Of a stretch of DNA of 64,000 nt, positions 1 through 13,640 are shown in pieces. This stretch comes from Felis catus. Its lineage: Eukaryota. The notes beneath the pieces were generated by a model. The model searched no databases and was not told the origin of the DNA. It was given only the letters and a program-made list of their open reading frames with translations. Numbering within the stretch: the first letter of the stretch is position 1; each line of letters opens with the position of its first letter. The position numbers were made by a program, and so were the translations under genes. The DNA lies in assembly GCF_018350175.1 (NCBI RefSeq), contig NC_058368.1:14696001-14760000 (forward strand), written 5' to 3'.

Positions 1-745
1 AGCTAGTAAGTGGCAGAGCCAGAACTTAAGCTTAGGTATGTCCAAGTCTAAGGTTTTAACCATATGTCCTCCTCCCTCCTCATCATGCTATTATTTAATT
101 AATCGGTGCCCTGAGGTAACTTGTTTCCATATATACGTATCTCTATTTTTTCATACTAAAACCCACTGGGATGAATATCTGTATGTATGTATACATATCT
201 GATTTTTTTTCTTCAGGTTACCTTTCCAGACTTAGAATTACTTGGTCATAGGATACACACACTATTGAAGGTTTCAGTTATTTATTACCAAATTACCTTT
301 CAAAAAGCTTCTATGAAGTTACTCCGCACCAACATGTATGAGATGATTGGTAGTCTAATAACTTTGGCAACGCTATATACTATTATTATTAATCTTTGCT
401 ACTCCAATAAGACCATGTCATTTTAAGTGAGATGAGTGATGTTATTTCAGTCCTTAATCACAAAAGGGACGAGTAGTGCACCAGACAGACCTGGGCCAAC
501 CCTGGCAGCACACTACACTTTTATTTCCTGTCTTCTTCTTCCTTGTGCCATCATAGGTCCTTGGAAAAGGGCCCTCAGCAAATGTGTTAGCAAAATAACT
601 GGCATATGATTGTACTAAATAATGTTTGGGGACAATGTTGTTTTTCTTCTATTTTTCCCTTAATTTTTATCCAAATTCAGAGAGCAGAATTTTTTTTTCT
701 AAACACCTATAAAAAAGATTCATTCAGTGTCTGCGTGGACATTTT

Positions 746-967
746 ATTTTTATGTATGTATGTATGTATGTATGTATGTATGTATGTATGTATGTATTTT
801 TGAGGGGGCGGGAGCAAAGCAGGGGCAGAGAGAGAAGGGCAGAGAATCTGAAGCGGGCTGTGCGATGACAGCGGAGAGCCCGAGGTAGGGCTCGAACTCA
901 AGAAACCGTGAGATCATGACCTGAGCCAAAGGCAGAGGCATAGCTGACGGAACCACCCAGGTGCCCC
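746..967 (-). mobile_element. Carnivore tRNA-derived SINE with (CATA)n expansion in its tail
   Basis: GGGGCACCTGGGTGG head on minus; TSD tctgc(g/t)tggacatttt at 730-745 and 968-983; (TATG)n about 751-797. Confidence 0.9.
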
Positions 968-1339
968 TCTGCTTGGACATTTTCAATGACCACAAGCTAC
1001 GTATAGTAAAGGCTGTTTAATTTGCAAACTGGTGCAATTGTTAGAATTTTTTTTTTCTTATATCAACCTCAAATCTCTCAGCAATTAATGTCTTCTCTTT
1101 AGAGTTCAGTGCTCTCAAGTACAGCACAGAAAAGTTCTTCCATCTTCTGTGTCATTTACTTGACCAGAGCCACCGCACTCTACTTTCTCCGTCCCTGCTG
1201 TGGGCTAAACTCCAGGCCCCTGTCATGCCGTGCTCAGATTCCTCACCAGAGTGGCAAACGGTATAAGCAAGACAGAGGACTCTTGATGTAGCACTCTTTC
1301 GGTGAAAGGAGTCTAGGGGCACTTTTTTAAGGAATCATA

Positions 1340-1700
1340 TCACACTGAGGCTCACACTGAAGTTACAGTCAATTAACTGCCTTTCATGTGGCCTGGCCAA
1401 GTTTTTCCATTGCTGCTTTTCTGCAATGATCATTAAAACAACTATACCAAGATCACTCAGTCCATTGGGATTTATGTTCCTCTCTTGTCAAATTTCATCT
1501 TACTGATTTTGGACCCTCATAGAGCCCAAGATACTTTTGGATCTCAATTCTGTCATTTGCCGTAATACATCTTCATTTCACATCACTAATAATGCTGACT
1601 GGGTGACAGCTAGTGACAGAGTCCTGAGAGGCCCCTGTCTCCTTTCTTCTGGGTCCCGTGACCATTAATCAGCACTCTGGTTTGAGATCATATGACAGTG
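1340..1700. mobile_element. Probable ancient CR1/L3 LINE fragment
   Basis: Resemblance from memory to L3 consensus segments (aaatttcatctt, ttggatctcaattctgtcat, ccattaatcagcactct). Confidence 0.45.
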
Positions 1701-2466
1701 GACTGACTACAGAATCTACTCGACTGTACTTTTGTCTATGACTTCTACATGCACTCTATCTGTGGCTTGTGTACCCTGTGTACCTTGTTGCCTTGTGTAC
1801 CATGGACCTCTTTGGGGATTAAGAGTTCTGGGATTAAAGCAGAAGGAAATCCATTCATCTCCTGGGCTTGGGGCTGGCTGAACCGGAAATGAATCCAAGC
1901 TGGAACACCCCATCTCTTGGTCATACCTGGTCATCTCTTGGAGGGAACAGGGTATCTTCCTGCTATGTACAATCTACAGAGTGACAATGAGAGTCATGTG
2001 CTAGGCATGCCATTTTGATGGGCAGCTAGAAACAGGTACAGACACCTGGACAGAAAGTTTCTAAACGAAAATTTCTGACCAAGAGAAGCAGATTCTCTGA
2101 GAAACTGCTTTCTTCCAGAGAGTAATGGGGAGTTTAGAAGGAAAAAGTTTCTTGAATATAAACTTCTGTATTTCAAGAAAATTACAGTTTATTTCTGGAA
2201 TAAATAAATAGTGATGCGAGTTATATTTTTGCCAGTAAATACTTTAATTTTCCTAAGGAGGTGGCATCTGCATACACATTTTTAAAAGATCCTCCCAGCT
2301 CCTTGGAAGAAAGTCAGGCTGCTACTGAGGACTTTTCCTGCCAAGGGTACAAGCCTGCCATCTAGTGGTGACTCCTGCAAACTGGACGCGGTTGATCTCC
2401 GTAAGAGCATTTTCACGGTTTTGTGTGTTTTTAAAAAAGCAACAAGTTCCTTTTAGTTATATATTA

Positions 2467-2469
<3 letters not shown>

Positions 2470-2562
<93 letters not shown>
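2470..2562. repeat. Compound (CT)n(CA)n microsatellite
   Basis: Directly visible. Confidence 0.98.
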
Positions 2563-2565
<3 letters not shown>

Positions 2566-4659
2566 TGGTTCTGCACATAAGTGCAGTTGGGGAAACACTG
2601 CACTTTGTCTCCTCATTCAGTGACATTTAGACTGAAGCCCATGTGAATCTTCCATGTAATGAATGAGGAATGGCTTGGACCTGTCATGTTGGATCTGTCC
2701 TCTAGTCTGGGAAGAAGTGTCACTCATTGACTCATTCTTTCATCTCATCCACCCTCTCATTCTACTGGTCACTCATCAATATGATCATTAAGCTCCAGGC
2801 CTGACAAAGAAAAAGAACCATGGAAAATCACTGGCATGATTAACTTGTGACATCAAAAACCAAAGCAAAATGAAACAAAAACCTAGTAACGATACAACCA
2901 TAAAATTATAGGGTCATTTATATTGGGTCAATTCCCAGTTCTCACCCCAAATGTGGCTGGAAACATCACTGTACATCAAATCATGTTTTCTCATTAAAAG
3001 GCTTTGATAAATACTTAGACTTGAATAGATCAAAATAGGTTCTTAAGGCTAAGCTACAACATTTTTATAGAGTTCTGTAAGAATTAAAAATAAAAAATTT
3101 TGAAAGTTCTATATGTATAATACCATATAAAGTGAAATCTATAGCTGAGTTAGGAATTTAAGAATAATACTTATAACAATCATTAAACACTTAACTAGCA
3201 AAAATCTTGTTAGCAGTCCAACAATTTAGGCTTTTTTGAGGTCCCTTTAATAAAAGAGTAATGCAAAGTGAGTTGTGAGGCCTTTTTATTTATTTGGTAA
3301 GTTTATTTATTTGGGAGTAAAAAGATGGATTCAAAGTCTTTACATCAAATTTGTCATAGCGTTTTTCAAAAATGGCCTATAGCTCTACATTTTGCCAGGA
3401 GATGCCAAATCCACGCATGGGTAAATAGTAAAATATTAAAAGCAATGTCGAAAAAGATGGAAGATGATTTTTACAACATACAATTTATCGTGAAACAGTT
3501 TTATTTTTAGGAGTAATTTAATTTTTACTACAAATAAATGGGGAATAAAAATGAAGGAAGCTAATAGTGCCGTATTATCTCTTTATCTTCATAAAATCCC
3601 CTTAAAGGAGGCTCAAAGGAGTTAAGAAACTTGTTCAAGGTCATAGGACTAGCCAGTTGAATTCCGAGTAAAGCACTTGGTTTTGAACTTTGGTCCATCT
3701 GACTATAAATCCTCAGTATGTGAATGTGCCTCCCATGACGATTCTCTCTTATTTCCACAAAAAGGTCAACAGAATGTGACATTAACAGAAGTCCCAAGTT
3801 CAGTTAGTGACGTCATCCTAATTTTGTTAAGCTTATTTTATTCTTCTACCTATTTTATACTATGAATAGATTTATCCCTGCAAAACTCACCAAACTTTAC
3901 TACTCTCTGAGAGTAAGAAATTCCTCTACTAGAGAAATTTATATATTAAATTTCTATATTAAATCTAGACTGCAAATGACTCCAATGGCATGTGTGTATT
4001 TCATATTCTTACATTGGAAAAGAGAGGAAGAGAGGAGTGAACTTTTTTTCTTTTTGAGTAATTTAGAAAGTAGAACACTAGAATGAGCACAGTACTTTCA
4101 CAGTGTCCTGCAAATGGTAAGTTTAGAGAAAGAACGCTGCTAAGTAATCATTTATGGCATTTACAGAAATAGATAATGCTCTGGTGAGAAGCAAGTGAAC
4201 GATGTCACACAAAAGCAAACCGCTGAGGGGGGAAGGGAAACGAAACTTTAATTTTCAATCACGGAATTTTCAGGGTTTAGAGAAGTTTTGAAACAAAGGC
4301 TCAGTTGTGAGTCTGTTCCCACGAGACCATCCTACATAATTCAGGACACAGGAATAATGAATGCAGACAAGAGAAAATTGCTGCAGTTTACGGAGGCAAC
4401 TATGCAGAAGAGAATGTTCAGGCTGCTGCGGAGATGTGGAATTTGAGGTGCAATTAAGTCAGAACTCCGTCGATTGACCTCCGCTGCCTTCCTTAGCCAG
4501 TAGCTACAAGCTTACAAACATAATTGCAATTAACTAACTACTTGCATATTTATTTCTTGAATGCCGATTTAGCCTACTTGAATGTCACCTCCATGAAGGC
4601 CTGTCTCTCTGTCCCCTGGCACAGAGCAAGCACATAATAAATATCCCTAATTCACAGCT

Positions 4660-4880
4660 TCACGGGGTCTAGTGGTTAAAAGCTTAGGCTTTGGAGTGGG
4701 ACAGAGCTAGGTGGAGATCTTAGTTCCTCCACATGTGAGTTATAAATGGCTCTAGGCAGGTCTTTGAACTTCTAGGGACTTAGTTTCCTTACCAGTGAAA
4801 TGGGACAGTAACAGAACTAACCCACATGGCTGTTGAGAGGATTAAATGAGAGAATGAGTGAAAGCGCAGGGCAAGCACAC
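4660..4880 (+). mobile_element. MIR SINE
   Basis: cttagtttccttaccagtgaaatgggacagtaaca...gttgagaggattaaatgag core. Confidence 0.75.
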
Positions 4881-5029
4881 GGGTGGGTCTCCATTACAGC
4901 AGATGTCCCCAGCCTTTTTTTGTGCGGTGGGAGTTGGGTGGCTCATCTGCTGCTAGACTTGAATGCTCATTCGGGTCATGGGGCGGAGGGTGGGGGAGGT
5001 GGGGAGGGAGCGGGGAGCTTGTTTCAATG

Positions 5030-5170
5030 AAGATCTGTACCCTGTCACCAGTCACCAGATTCTGATTTGCTAGGGCTACAGGGAGGCTCAGAAATTTGCA
5101 TTTTTAACAGGCATCTGGGAGTAGTTCAGATGCAGGGAGTCTTTGGACCACCCTCGGAGAAACACTGCTT
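5030..5170. mobile_element. MER5-like hAT DNA transposon remnant
   Basis: agattctgattt...gaaatttgcatttttaacagg...ggaccaccctcggagaaacactg. Confidence 0.65.
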
Positions 5171-6017
5171 TATAAAGAGAATCCGCAATTCCCAGATTTC
5201 TGAAGAGATGAACAAACTAACAGTAATATATAATACATGACTCTTGGGCCCAGATAATGAAAGTAAAAGAACTAGTATCTTGGGGGGGTGGGGGGGAGTA
5301 GAAAATGAATAGATTTCATTAAAACTCCAGCCTGGAGAGCCAGTAAAGTTTATGTTACTCCCATATTCACCAGTGACAGCTCCTTGATGCCCAGTCTCTG
5401 TCTCCTCAATTCTTTCCAAAACTGTCCCCTTAACAACTGGACTAGGAAAGGAACCTCACTTGCTTGCATAAAGAATTCTCGGCGTTTCCCCCAAAGATGC
5501 TGAGTTCATGTAAAAGGAAAACAAATGGTCATAAAGGAGGGTCAGGATGTCTGTGATTTTAAAAATCAGTCCCCGTTATGATTATTTTTATGCTGAAGGG
5601 CTGGTGACTTTAAAACTCATGATTTATTGTCTTAGCTTTTAGATCATATTATCGAAATATAAATTTGGGAGACCAAGGGCTTCCTTTTTTCTTTCCGCAA
5701 GTGAAAACATTTAACATCAAAATGCCGTGGATAAATAATGGACATGTAAATGCTCACGATTATCTTGGCTTAGCCCAGGGTATTAACCACAGCCCTAGAG
5801 TTTCCGAGTTCTATTCCCCCAACCCTGTCTCAGGTTTTTATCTGCTATTGATTAGTCAAGTACTCCTAATGGTACATTAACCCTTATAGATAAACTTAAA
5901 AGGCTAGTTTCTAGCTAGTTACTGAAGTCCAGCTGGAAACTAGCCCTTGAGGTAGTTTCTTCCTTCTAAAAAAGGAAGAAATTAGGAAAGGAAAAAAGAA
6001 AGATTGATATTCACTCA

Positions 6018-6359
<342 letters not shown>

Positions 6360-6676
6360 TCATGGACTCCATGGTGATTTCTCTCCCCACTGGGAAAGCC
6401 AGTGGCATCTCTTCCAGGGCTCAAAGAAGCAGGGCAAGGACTCCCTGCCATCCAGCACGCAGTCGTTACCACAGCCCCAGCCCCGGTGGAGAGGGGGAGC
6501 CAGGTCTCCAGGGCAGCAGCCTTGTGACACACACCTGGGTGCCCCAGTGGCACGTGCTATGTGCCTTGTACCAACGGCCAACAGAAGTTCAAAGTCATAA
6601 TCCTAAACCTCCTCAAATGAGAAACAGGTAATAGTGCAGACCACACCCTTAACAAAATGTTCTGCTGGCTTGTGAA

Positions 6677-6679
<3 letters not shown>

Positions 6680-6729
<50 letters not shown>
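6680..6729. repeat. (CA)n microsatellite
   Basis: Directly visible. Confidence 0.98.
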
Positions 6730-6732
<3 letters not shown>

Positions 6733-7967
6733 TCAATTCCCTTCAATCTCTAGATTTAGCTCTCTTGGAGTGGGTGTACTGTTTTCTTTTTCAATAACGT
6801 GCTTCTTTGTAAGGAGCAGAGGAAAGGACCAGAAACTGTCATTTTAAAGATGAGAGAGAAAGAGAGGAGGAGGGAGGGGGATGGAAAAATTTCAAGGAAA
6901 GTTTTCTAGGACCATTATTCATCGGAACTTTTGTTTCCCTTGTTCCTTGCTAACTTATTGTTATTTGGAGACACAGGATGATTGTAGGCTCCAATTTTAG
7001 TTCTATTTATTTGAAGCCCTTTCAGAAATTTGGGTCTGATTTACTAACAACGTTTGCATCATTCTTGCACACAGTGCACCAAACGGCCGAGCACAGGAGC
7101 CAACTGTGTTCATCTATTGCCTCAGGTGGTAAGGGATTGCATTGTTGTTTTTAAATAGCAAAAATAAAACACAGCCCGTGCAGGCTGACAATTTTCAAAT
7201 GTCACCCTCTGGCGTGGCCTCTGCTCCCCTGTACAGCCTTAACTCAGGGGGCTTCTCCCACGGTCCGTTCAGTTCCCAAACTAAACACATACATTTGTGT
7301 CAACATGAACACTTTCTCTCAGCCTTCTGTTTCTCTCAAAGGCGAGGCTGCCAGATGTGGGTTTACAGGTTGTCTCCATGCCTCTCCAGGAGGTGGGATT
7401 TTCACTGCGGTCTGCATGAACAGCACCCTGATGCAGCCGGATGTGTGCGCGGCTGAGTACGGCAACCCCACAATGACTCCACGGGTGTCCTAGTTATCCA
7501 GGTAGGCTCCGGGCATCCTGTATCCCCCCTTCTTCTGCATCCTCAACAAAGCAGTCAGCCAGTCCTTCCCATAAGGCGTGCCGCATGCACAGCCTCCCGG
7601 GCCATCCACTGCATCTTCCGGGTGAAGGTTTTTGTTGCACTATCCCTGGGGGCTGTCATGTGGCCTCACAACGTGCCCTCTTGCCAGGACGTTCATACAA
7701 AACATCCGGCGAAATGACTGTTGCCTTCCCACGTGCAATGGTGGCATTTTCTTCTCCCTTCAGGAAGTCAGCATTCCTTTCCCCCATGGTTCGCCATGCT
7801 CAGTTGCCCTGCTTCATGCCAACCTGTTTCATCTCATCTCCTGCCACTAGCTGGACCAATCAGTCACCTTTATGCTCCAGCCAGGATATTCTTCCCAGAT
7901 CATTAAAACATGCCCAGATCACCCTACATTCCAGACCTGTCCTTAGAGCTCCCTTCCTAGAGTGTCC

Positions 7968-8160
7968 CCTTTTTTTTTTTTTAAAGGAAGAGAGAGAATG
8001 CATGCTGGAGGGGCAGAGAGAGGCAGAGAGAAAGAATTTTAGGCAGCCTCCACACCCAGCTCAAAGCCCGACTTGGGCTCCATCCCACAACCCTGGGATC
8101 ATGACCTGAGCTGAAATCAAGAGTCGGATATTTAAGAGACTGAGCCACCTAGGCTCCCCC
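7968..8160 (-). mobile_element. Older carnivore SINE
   Basis: Poly-T followed by gatcatgacctgagctgaaatcaagagtcgg...ctgagccacctagg. Confidence 0.85.
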
Positions 8161-8937
8161 CTGGAATGTCGCTTCTAGTCTCTTTGTCTTTCTAACTCCT
8201 GCTGATCAATGAGGGCCTGGCTGCAGGGTCACCTCCCCGACAAGGCCTGCCTTCCTCGGAACACATACACAGTTCCCATGTGCACACATCTGTAGGCAGA
8301 AGTCTAAAGGCCTATTCTTATTAATTATGGAATTTCACTCATAATAGCTGTTACTTTACTGTTTTCAGAATATAAGCCTTGTCTATCCTATAGCTGCAGG
8401 CACTCTGGCATACCACCGGACATTTAGGGTTTGAGAGGCATAGCCTTAGCTAGATTTCTCAGGGGGGGGAAATGTTGTGGAAGCCTTTCAAGTCAAGCCT
8501 GGGGTTGGCCTTCACTTCCTGGGATACTTCCAGACCTGGTCTCACAGCAATTCGGGGTCAGCCTAAATTTAAGGGTATGATCTGGTGGTACAATTGAGAA
8601 GTCCCGATGCTGGACTATGCAGACACTCTCTGGCCTTGTTAGGCTAGCTTGGTTCCCCAGAGGAAATTCGCAAAAGGCCGTTAAGTGAAGTGAGGACCTC
8701 CCAGTGGTACTTAGCTATTGTCGCCTGACTAAGCAAATGAATGACAATCACATTAGGCTTTCCCACAAAATGTGTTCCGAACTCTTAAGCCTTTGCCTCT
8801 TTCATTTCTCAGCTTCAAGTTTAAGTTGGCCTTAACTCTGCAAAAATCAGCCAGTAAATGGGGATAATCAATGTTTAACAGCACACACAAGGGCAAGAAG
8901 AATGGTTTAAATTTATTGCTCTAAAAATTAAAGTCAT

Positions 8938-9160
8938 GGGGCGCCTGGGTGGCTCAGTCGGTTGAACGTCCGACTTTGGCTCAGGTCATGATCTCGTGGT
9001 TTGTGAGTTCGAGCCCCGCGTCGGGCTCTGTGCTGACAGCTCAGAGCCTGGAGCCTGCTTCGGATTCTGCGGCTCCCTCTCTCTCTGCCCCTCCCCCGCT
9101 TGTGCACTGTCTCTCTCTGTTTCTCAAAAATGAATAAATATAAAAAAATTTTTTTCTTTT
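8938..9160 (+). mobile_element. SINEC_Fc-type SINE
   Basis: Full head, CT-rich linker, A-rich tail; TSD aattaaagtca. Confidence 0.93.
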
Positions 9161-10159
9161 TAATTAAAGTCACTGTAAAAATATTACCCTTGGTGCTAGA
9201 TAAAGTATATTTTATAATATTGCTAATTACCAAGCTTTATTTGGCAATAAAGCACCAATATGAAAATCTTCTGAATAACTGAAATCAGCCTTTCTTTGTT
9301 GAAAGAACAGTTTACCATTTTTTATCTCCCTCAGCTTCAAATGTGACAACAACCTATAATCACTATAAACAAATAAGTCCCACCTCTCTGAAGGAACAAA
9401 TCCTAACATGAGGAAGGAAAAAGGAGGCTTCACCTGTAGAGATAAATAGCCACTAAGAAAAAAAGCCAATGGCTCTAAAGTAAAGCAACTCTGAATAATA
9501 GAAGTTTAAAGGCTCTTCGAATGAATATTTTTTCTATATAGTAACAGATTAGTTTATCACATGCTGTCTTTGTCTTAAATCTTTACCCAAGGAAACACCG
9601 CCTTCCACAGTATTGATTCCTGCCACCAGCTGGGGTGTGGGATTCCAAACAGGGTTCCTGGAGCCCAAGGCTCTCACTGATGGATGTGCACAGTTGATGC
9701 AGAGGGTGGTGTGACCGGTTTACGACATTTTACAAGTGAAGTAGAAATCGGTCACACCCTCAGTTAGAGCAACAAAATAGAAAAGTGAAAACTATCACTC
9801 CATGCAAACTAAACATTAAATTTATAAAAACGTTTAGTTACTGAAAATGTTAAATATGGAAGTAGAGGCAAGCGATGAGTCACCTTTCACGTAGATTCAG
9901 CCGTTATTAACATATGGCCATTTCCATATTCTGTGATTAATAAAACACAAATGTAATCTTATGTGACAGGACAAGGTTGTAACATTTACTGAAAGGCAGC
10001 AGAATATTTACATGATTGATAAGACTGTGCTGTTTCTCTGTTAGGTTGGTGACTAAAAGTTTAAAGCCTTTCTTAAATATAAGAATGGTTGGGACATTTG
10101 CATACCGTTCATGAAAATGTGAACGATTTCCACTAAAATGATAACAACAATGATCGTAA

Positions 10160-10385
10160 TGGTATCTAACACTTTCTGTGTGTTAGCAAGTGCATGACAG
10201 AAGCCATCCCTCTTGTTTTCACCATAACACTCCTGGTAGGTGCTATTATTCTTCTCATTTTACATATGAGGAAACTGAGGTACAGAGAGGTATACCCAAG
10301 GTCAGAAAGCTGTTGTAGATCAAGGCTGAGACTTGAACTCTTGCAGTAAAATTCTAGTATTAATACTCTTCATCATTATGCCAAT
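10160..10385 (-). mobile_element. MIR SINE
   Basis: cattttacatatgaggaaactgaggtacagagagg core. Confidence 0.8.
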
Positions 10386-10499
10386 GCATAGAAATGAGAG
10401 ACTAAACACTGATGGAAGGGAATAAAGGAGAGAGCGCTATCTATTATATAGAAAAGCATGGTGCCTCGTGTAAGTTTATTCTTTTTCTAAGATACACAC

Positions 10500-10619
10500 C
10501 TTTACTAGTTCCATGACAAGATACAGTTCTGTTGGCACATCCATCTCTTCGATCAGAAGAACAATATTGGGATGCTTCACTCTTCTTAAAATAGACACCT
10601 CATTCTGGATCATGTGCTC
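10500..10619 (-). CDS. DCLK1: DCLK1 exon, 120 nt, [40 protein letters not shown]
   Basis: Acceptor gaacag, donor AAG|gtgtgt; alphaC Glu, HPNIV and gatekeeper LVME motifs. Confidence 0.97.
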
Positions 10620-11108
10620 CTGTTCGAGGGAAAAGTTACCTTAATCAATATACACGTCAAAACATATGATGAGCTAACTCACATGAGTAAAGCTATACTA
10701 TTTGAGGATCAAAGGAGATATATTTTGGTAAAATATAATGAATATATCTTAGATCCTGATATTCGGATAGCCTACAATCACCACAAGCTGTTAAAGGTCC
10801 TCAGATGATGCTCGTAATTTTAGAACCTATCAGGATAACTCTAACTGCATATAGAAGGATGGAATGAAACTTAAATCACAACGGTAAATGAAGCAAGTAA
10901 ACAAACAATGATAAGCGACAGAAATAACATACAGCCATTCCAATTAACTTTTATCCCAAGAATATCTATAAAGTTATATTCCAATAAATACATAACATTC
11001 TATTCCACCCGAATGAAACCCCTAGGGTGAACTTATATTTGGGAACTAATCTTTGTGTTTCTACCCCCCACAACAATGTATTTTCACAATAATAAACCTT
11101 ATACATAC

Positions 11109-11166
11109 TTTGCCTCGACATTTGCTTTTCTTGATAATTTTCAGAGCATATTCCCTAGCAGTTGAC
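11109..11166 (-). CDS. DCLK1: DCLK1 exon, 58 nt, (R)STAREYALKIIKKSKCRGK with catalytic Lys
   Basis: Acceptor ctttgcag, donor AAA|gtatgt; AxK motif; frame continuous with neighbours. Confidence 0.96.
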
Positions 11167-13447
11167 CTGCAAAGAGAAAATATTTGTAAAAAATAAATTG
11201 AATCTCAAATCTATTGAGTCATTTTGGTAAGGATTAATTTCTTACCCCATAGATCTTGCATCAAATAGATGTAAATACTTTATAAAAAGAAAACACCTCT
11301 TTTTTTCCTTTTTTCAAAGAAATATGTATATCTTAAGGGGCTGACCAAGTGTGCGGACAACCAGCATGATAGCATAGAAACATCTTGAGCTGTTAATGTT
11401 ACCATATTGTAATAATGTTCCCACCATTATTGCTATTGCCAAGCGTAACTCTTCCTGCTGGGTTGCCCAGCCCTGCCCTGCCCTCTGAAGTGGTGTGGTC
11501 AGGACATAAAGCAGACGTGAGTTTCTGCCCTTCTACCCAATCTCTCTTGAGGTTCTGTCTCCACGAAGTGTGGCCGTGACCATTTTCTGAATGGCTCTCA
11601 CAGTCTTACTGAAACCTCTCAGTACACAGCTCACACTCTTTAGACTCTGGTTCAGTGTGCAAGTCTACGAGTTCTGTTGGAGAAAGCACGGATGATGTGT
11701 TCAAGGTGTACAGAAAGGGATATGCCCATTATCTGAGCTGCTTGTGACTTCTTGGGCCTTCCGTGGCGGTGTCATATCACAGAAATAAGACAGAGGCGAC
11801 AATTAGTTCATCTCCCAAAGCCACAAGGCAGCATCAAAATCAGGACTCTTGAGGTCTTGAGGACTCTGCTTCACACACAGCCCAGCCAACACTACCCTCC
11901 CCACCATGATGGGTGTGGGAGGGAGGATTTAGTCACCCAGCTACCTTTAAATAGCTTCCTAAGTGGTGTTAGCATTTCTAAGATGCTGTAGTGCCAAAAA
12001 CGACCGACCGCTCTATTGTCCAAGGACACGACGTATACTTAATAAGCATAAGAAACCACTATTTTACAAGCATTGCCATTTCATTTCTGGTGGGAAACTG
12101 AGACAGCTTAGCTCCTTCCCTAGAGATAACAGCCAACTTTAGGGATCCAAATGAAATACAGTGGGAGTGGGGCTGATTAAGAACAAAAGTTTAAAATAGG
12201 GCTTTAGAACCTTCAGGATAGAGAATCAAATGAGGATTTCCTACTTATGTGCTTAGAGCTAGAGTGACCTGCCGATAAATGAAAGAGGCCAGATATTAGC
12301 AGGGTGTCTCAGGGGCATGACATGGATGGTGTCGTCTGCTAAAACTGCTTCTCCCAGGATACTTCCAGGTCCCTGCCTGGATAAATAGGAAAGTGAAATT
12401 ACACATATTCAAGGGGACTCCTCACATTATGAAGGGATCACGGGGTCCCTTTAAGTAGCCTCTTCTTTAGAGGCTTCCGAAGGGTTTGTTCGCAAATGTG
12501 AAAACCCTCAATCAAGAGGAAAACTAAAAGCTGAAGTGCTTCTAGATTCTGCTTTTCACGAATCACTAAAAAAACTATAATAAAACAAATCTGAGCTTCG
12601 AATCCATGAGCAATTTCCTATCTGGTTTAAAACATTTCATTCGATGACAGAGAAATCTGGACTATCAGGCTGACTGCTGTGATGAAAGCCAGTAGTCCCA
12701 GGGAGGGCCAGCAAGCTGGAATGGAGGTCACATTTCATTCTGTGCCTCCATAAAGGGGTGGATGACAGGACAGTGTTGGTGAGAAGAGAGGGGGACTTTT
12801 TAGTTTTTTCATTCCCTGTGTTTGCCATTTGATCCTCTGTTTCCCTGAAATGAGTAAGATTTCAGGATGCAAAGCAAAGGGCTGGTGTAGGACCAGGAAG
12901 GCTGAATCCTCTCTACAGCGGGACAAGGAACAGAATCTCCAAGGAGCAAGTGGGTGTATTGGCTCCCAGGACACCAAGCAAATCAAGTTATGTACTGAGC
13001 CTAGGGCTGAAAGGAAAATGCGAGCAAGCCTGGGTTGCTGTGGCCCCAGGGCTTAGAAGGAAAAGGGACTTTATGAGTTCAGTACCCAGAACCTTACATA
13101 ATACGACTCAACACTCAGTTAGATTTACCCACCGAAATTAATACCGCAAGTTTTCTTTCTTGATTCCTTGAGGACAGAACTATAAAGTCATAGTAAAATC
13201 CTTAATTATTGAAAGTATATGTTTATAGGAAAGCAGCTGAGTCTGGAAAATTAGCCTGAAAACAGGTGTTAGTACTAAATGTATACCATAAGAATAAAAA
13301 TTTAACTGCTTGCTTTAAGTTGGTAAATGAAAACACTTGGCAAGAAATAAAACCTTAAATCAAGTATTTGTCTTCCTGCATACCCTAACACAGAGGACCC
13401 CTGTGCCCCTGTAATTACACAGCAAGCGGTTACAGGCATGGTTTTTT

Positions 13448-13640
13448 GGGGGGTGCCTGGGGGGTGCCTCAGTCGGTTGGGCGTCCGACTTCGGCTCAGG
13501 TCATGATCTCACGGTTGATGCGTTCGAGCCCTGCATCAGGCTCTGTGCTGACAGCTCGGTGCCTGGAGCCTGCTTCAGATTCTGTGTCTCCCTCTCTCTC
13601 AAAAATAAATAACCATTAAAAATTAAAAAAAAACAAAAAA
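13448..13640 (+). mobile_element. SINEC_Fc-type SINE with shortened CT linker
   Basis: SINE body; TSD gcatggtt. Confidence 0.9.

Noticed and set aside
7585..8109. 174-aa ORF, the longest in the track
   Set aside because: Runs into an antisense SINE; no recognisable protein features.
8934..9233. Recurrent MAQSV.../GAWVAQSVKRPT ORFs resembling a gene family or tRNA genes
   Set aside because: Translations of tRNA-derived SINE copies; not genes or functional tRNAs.
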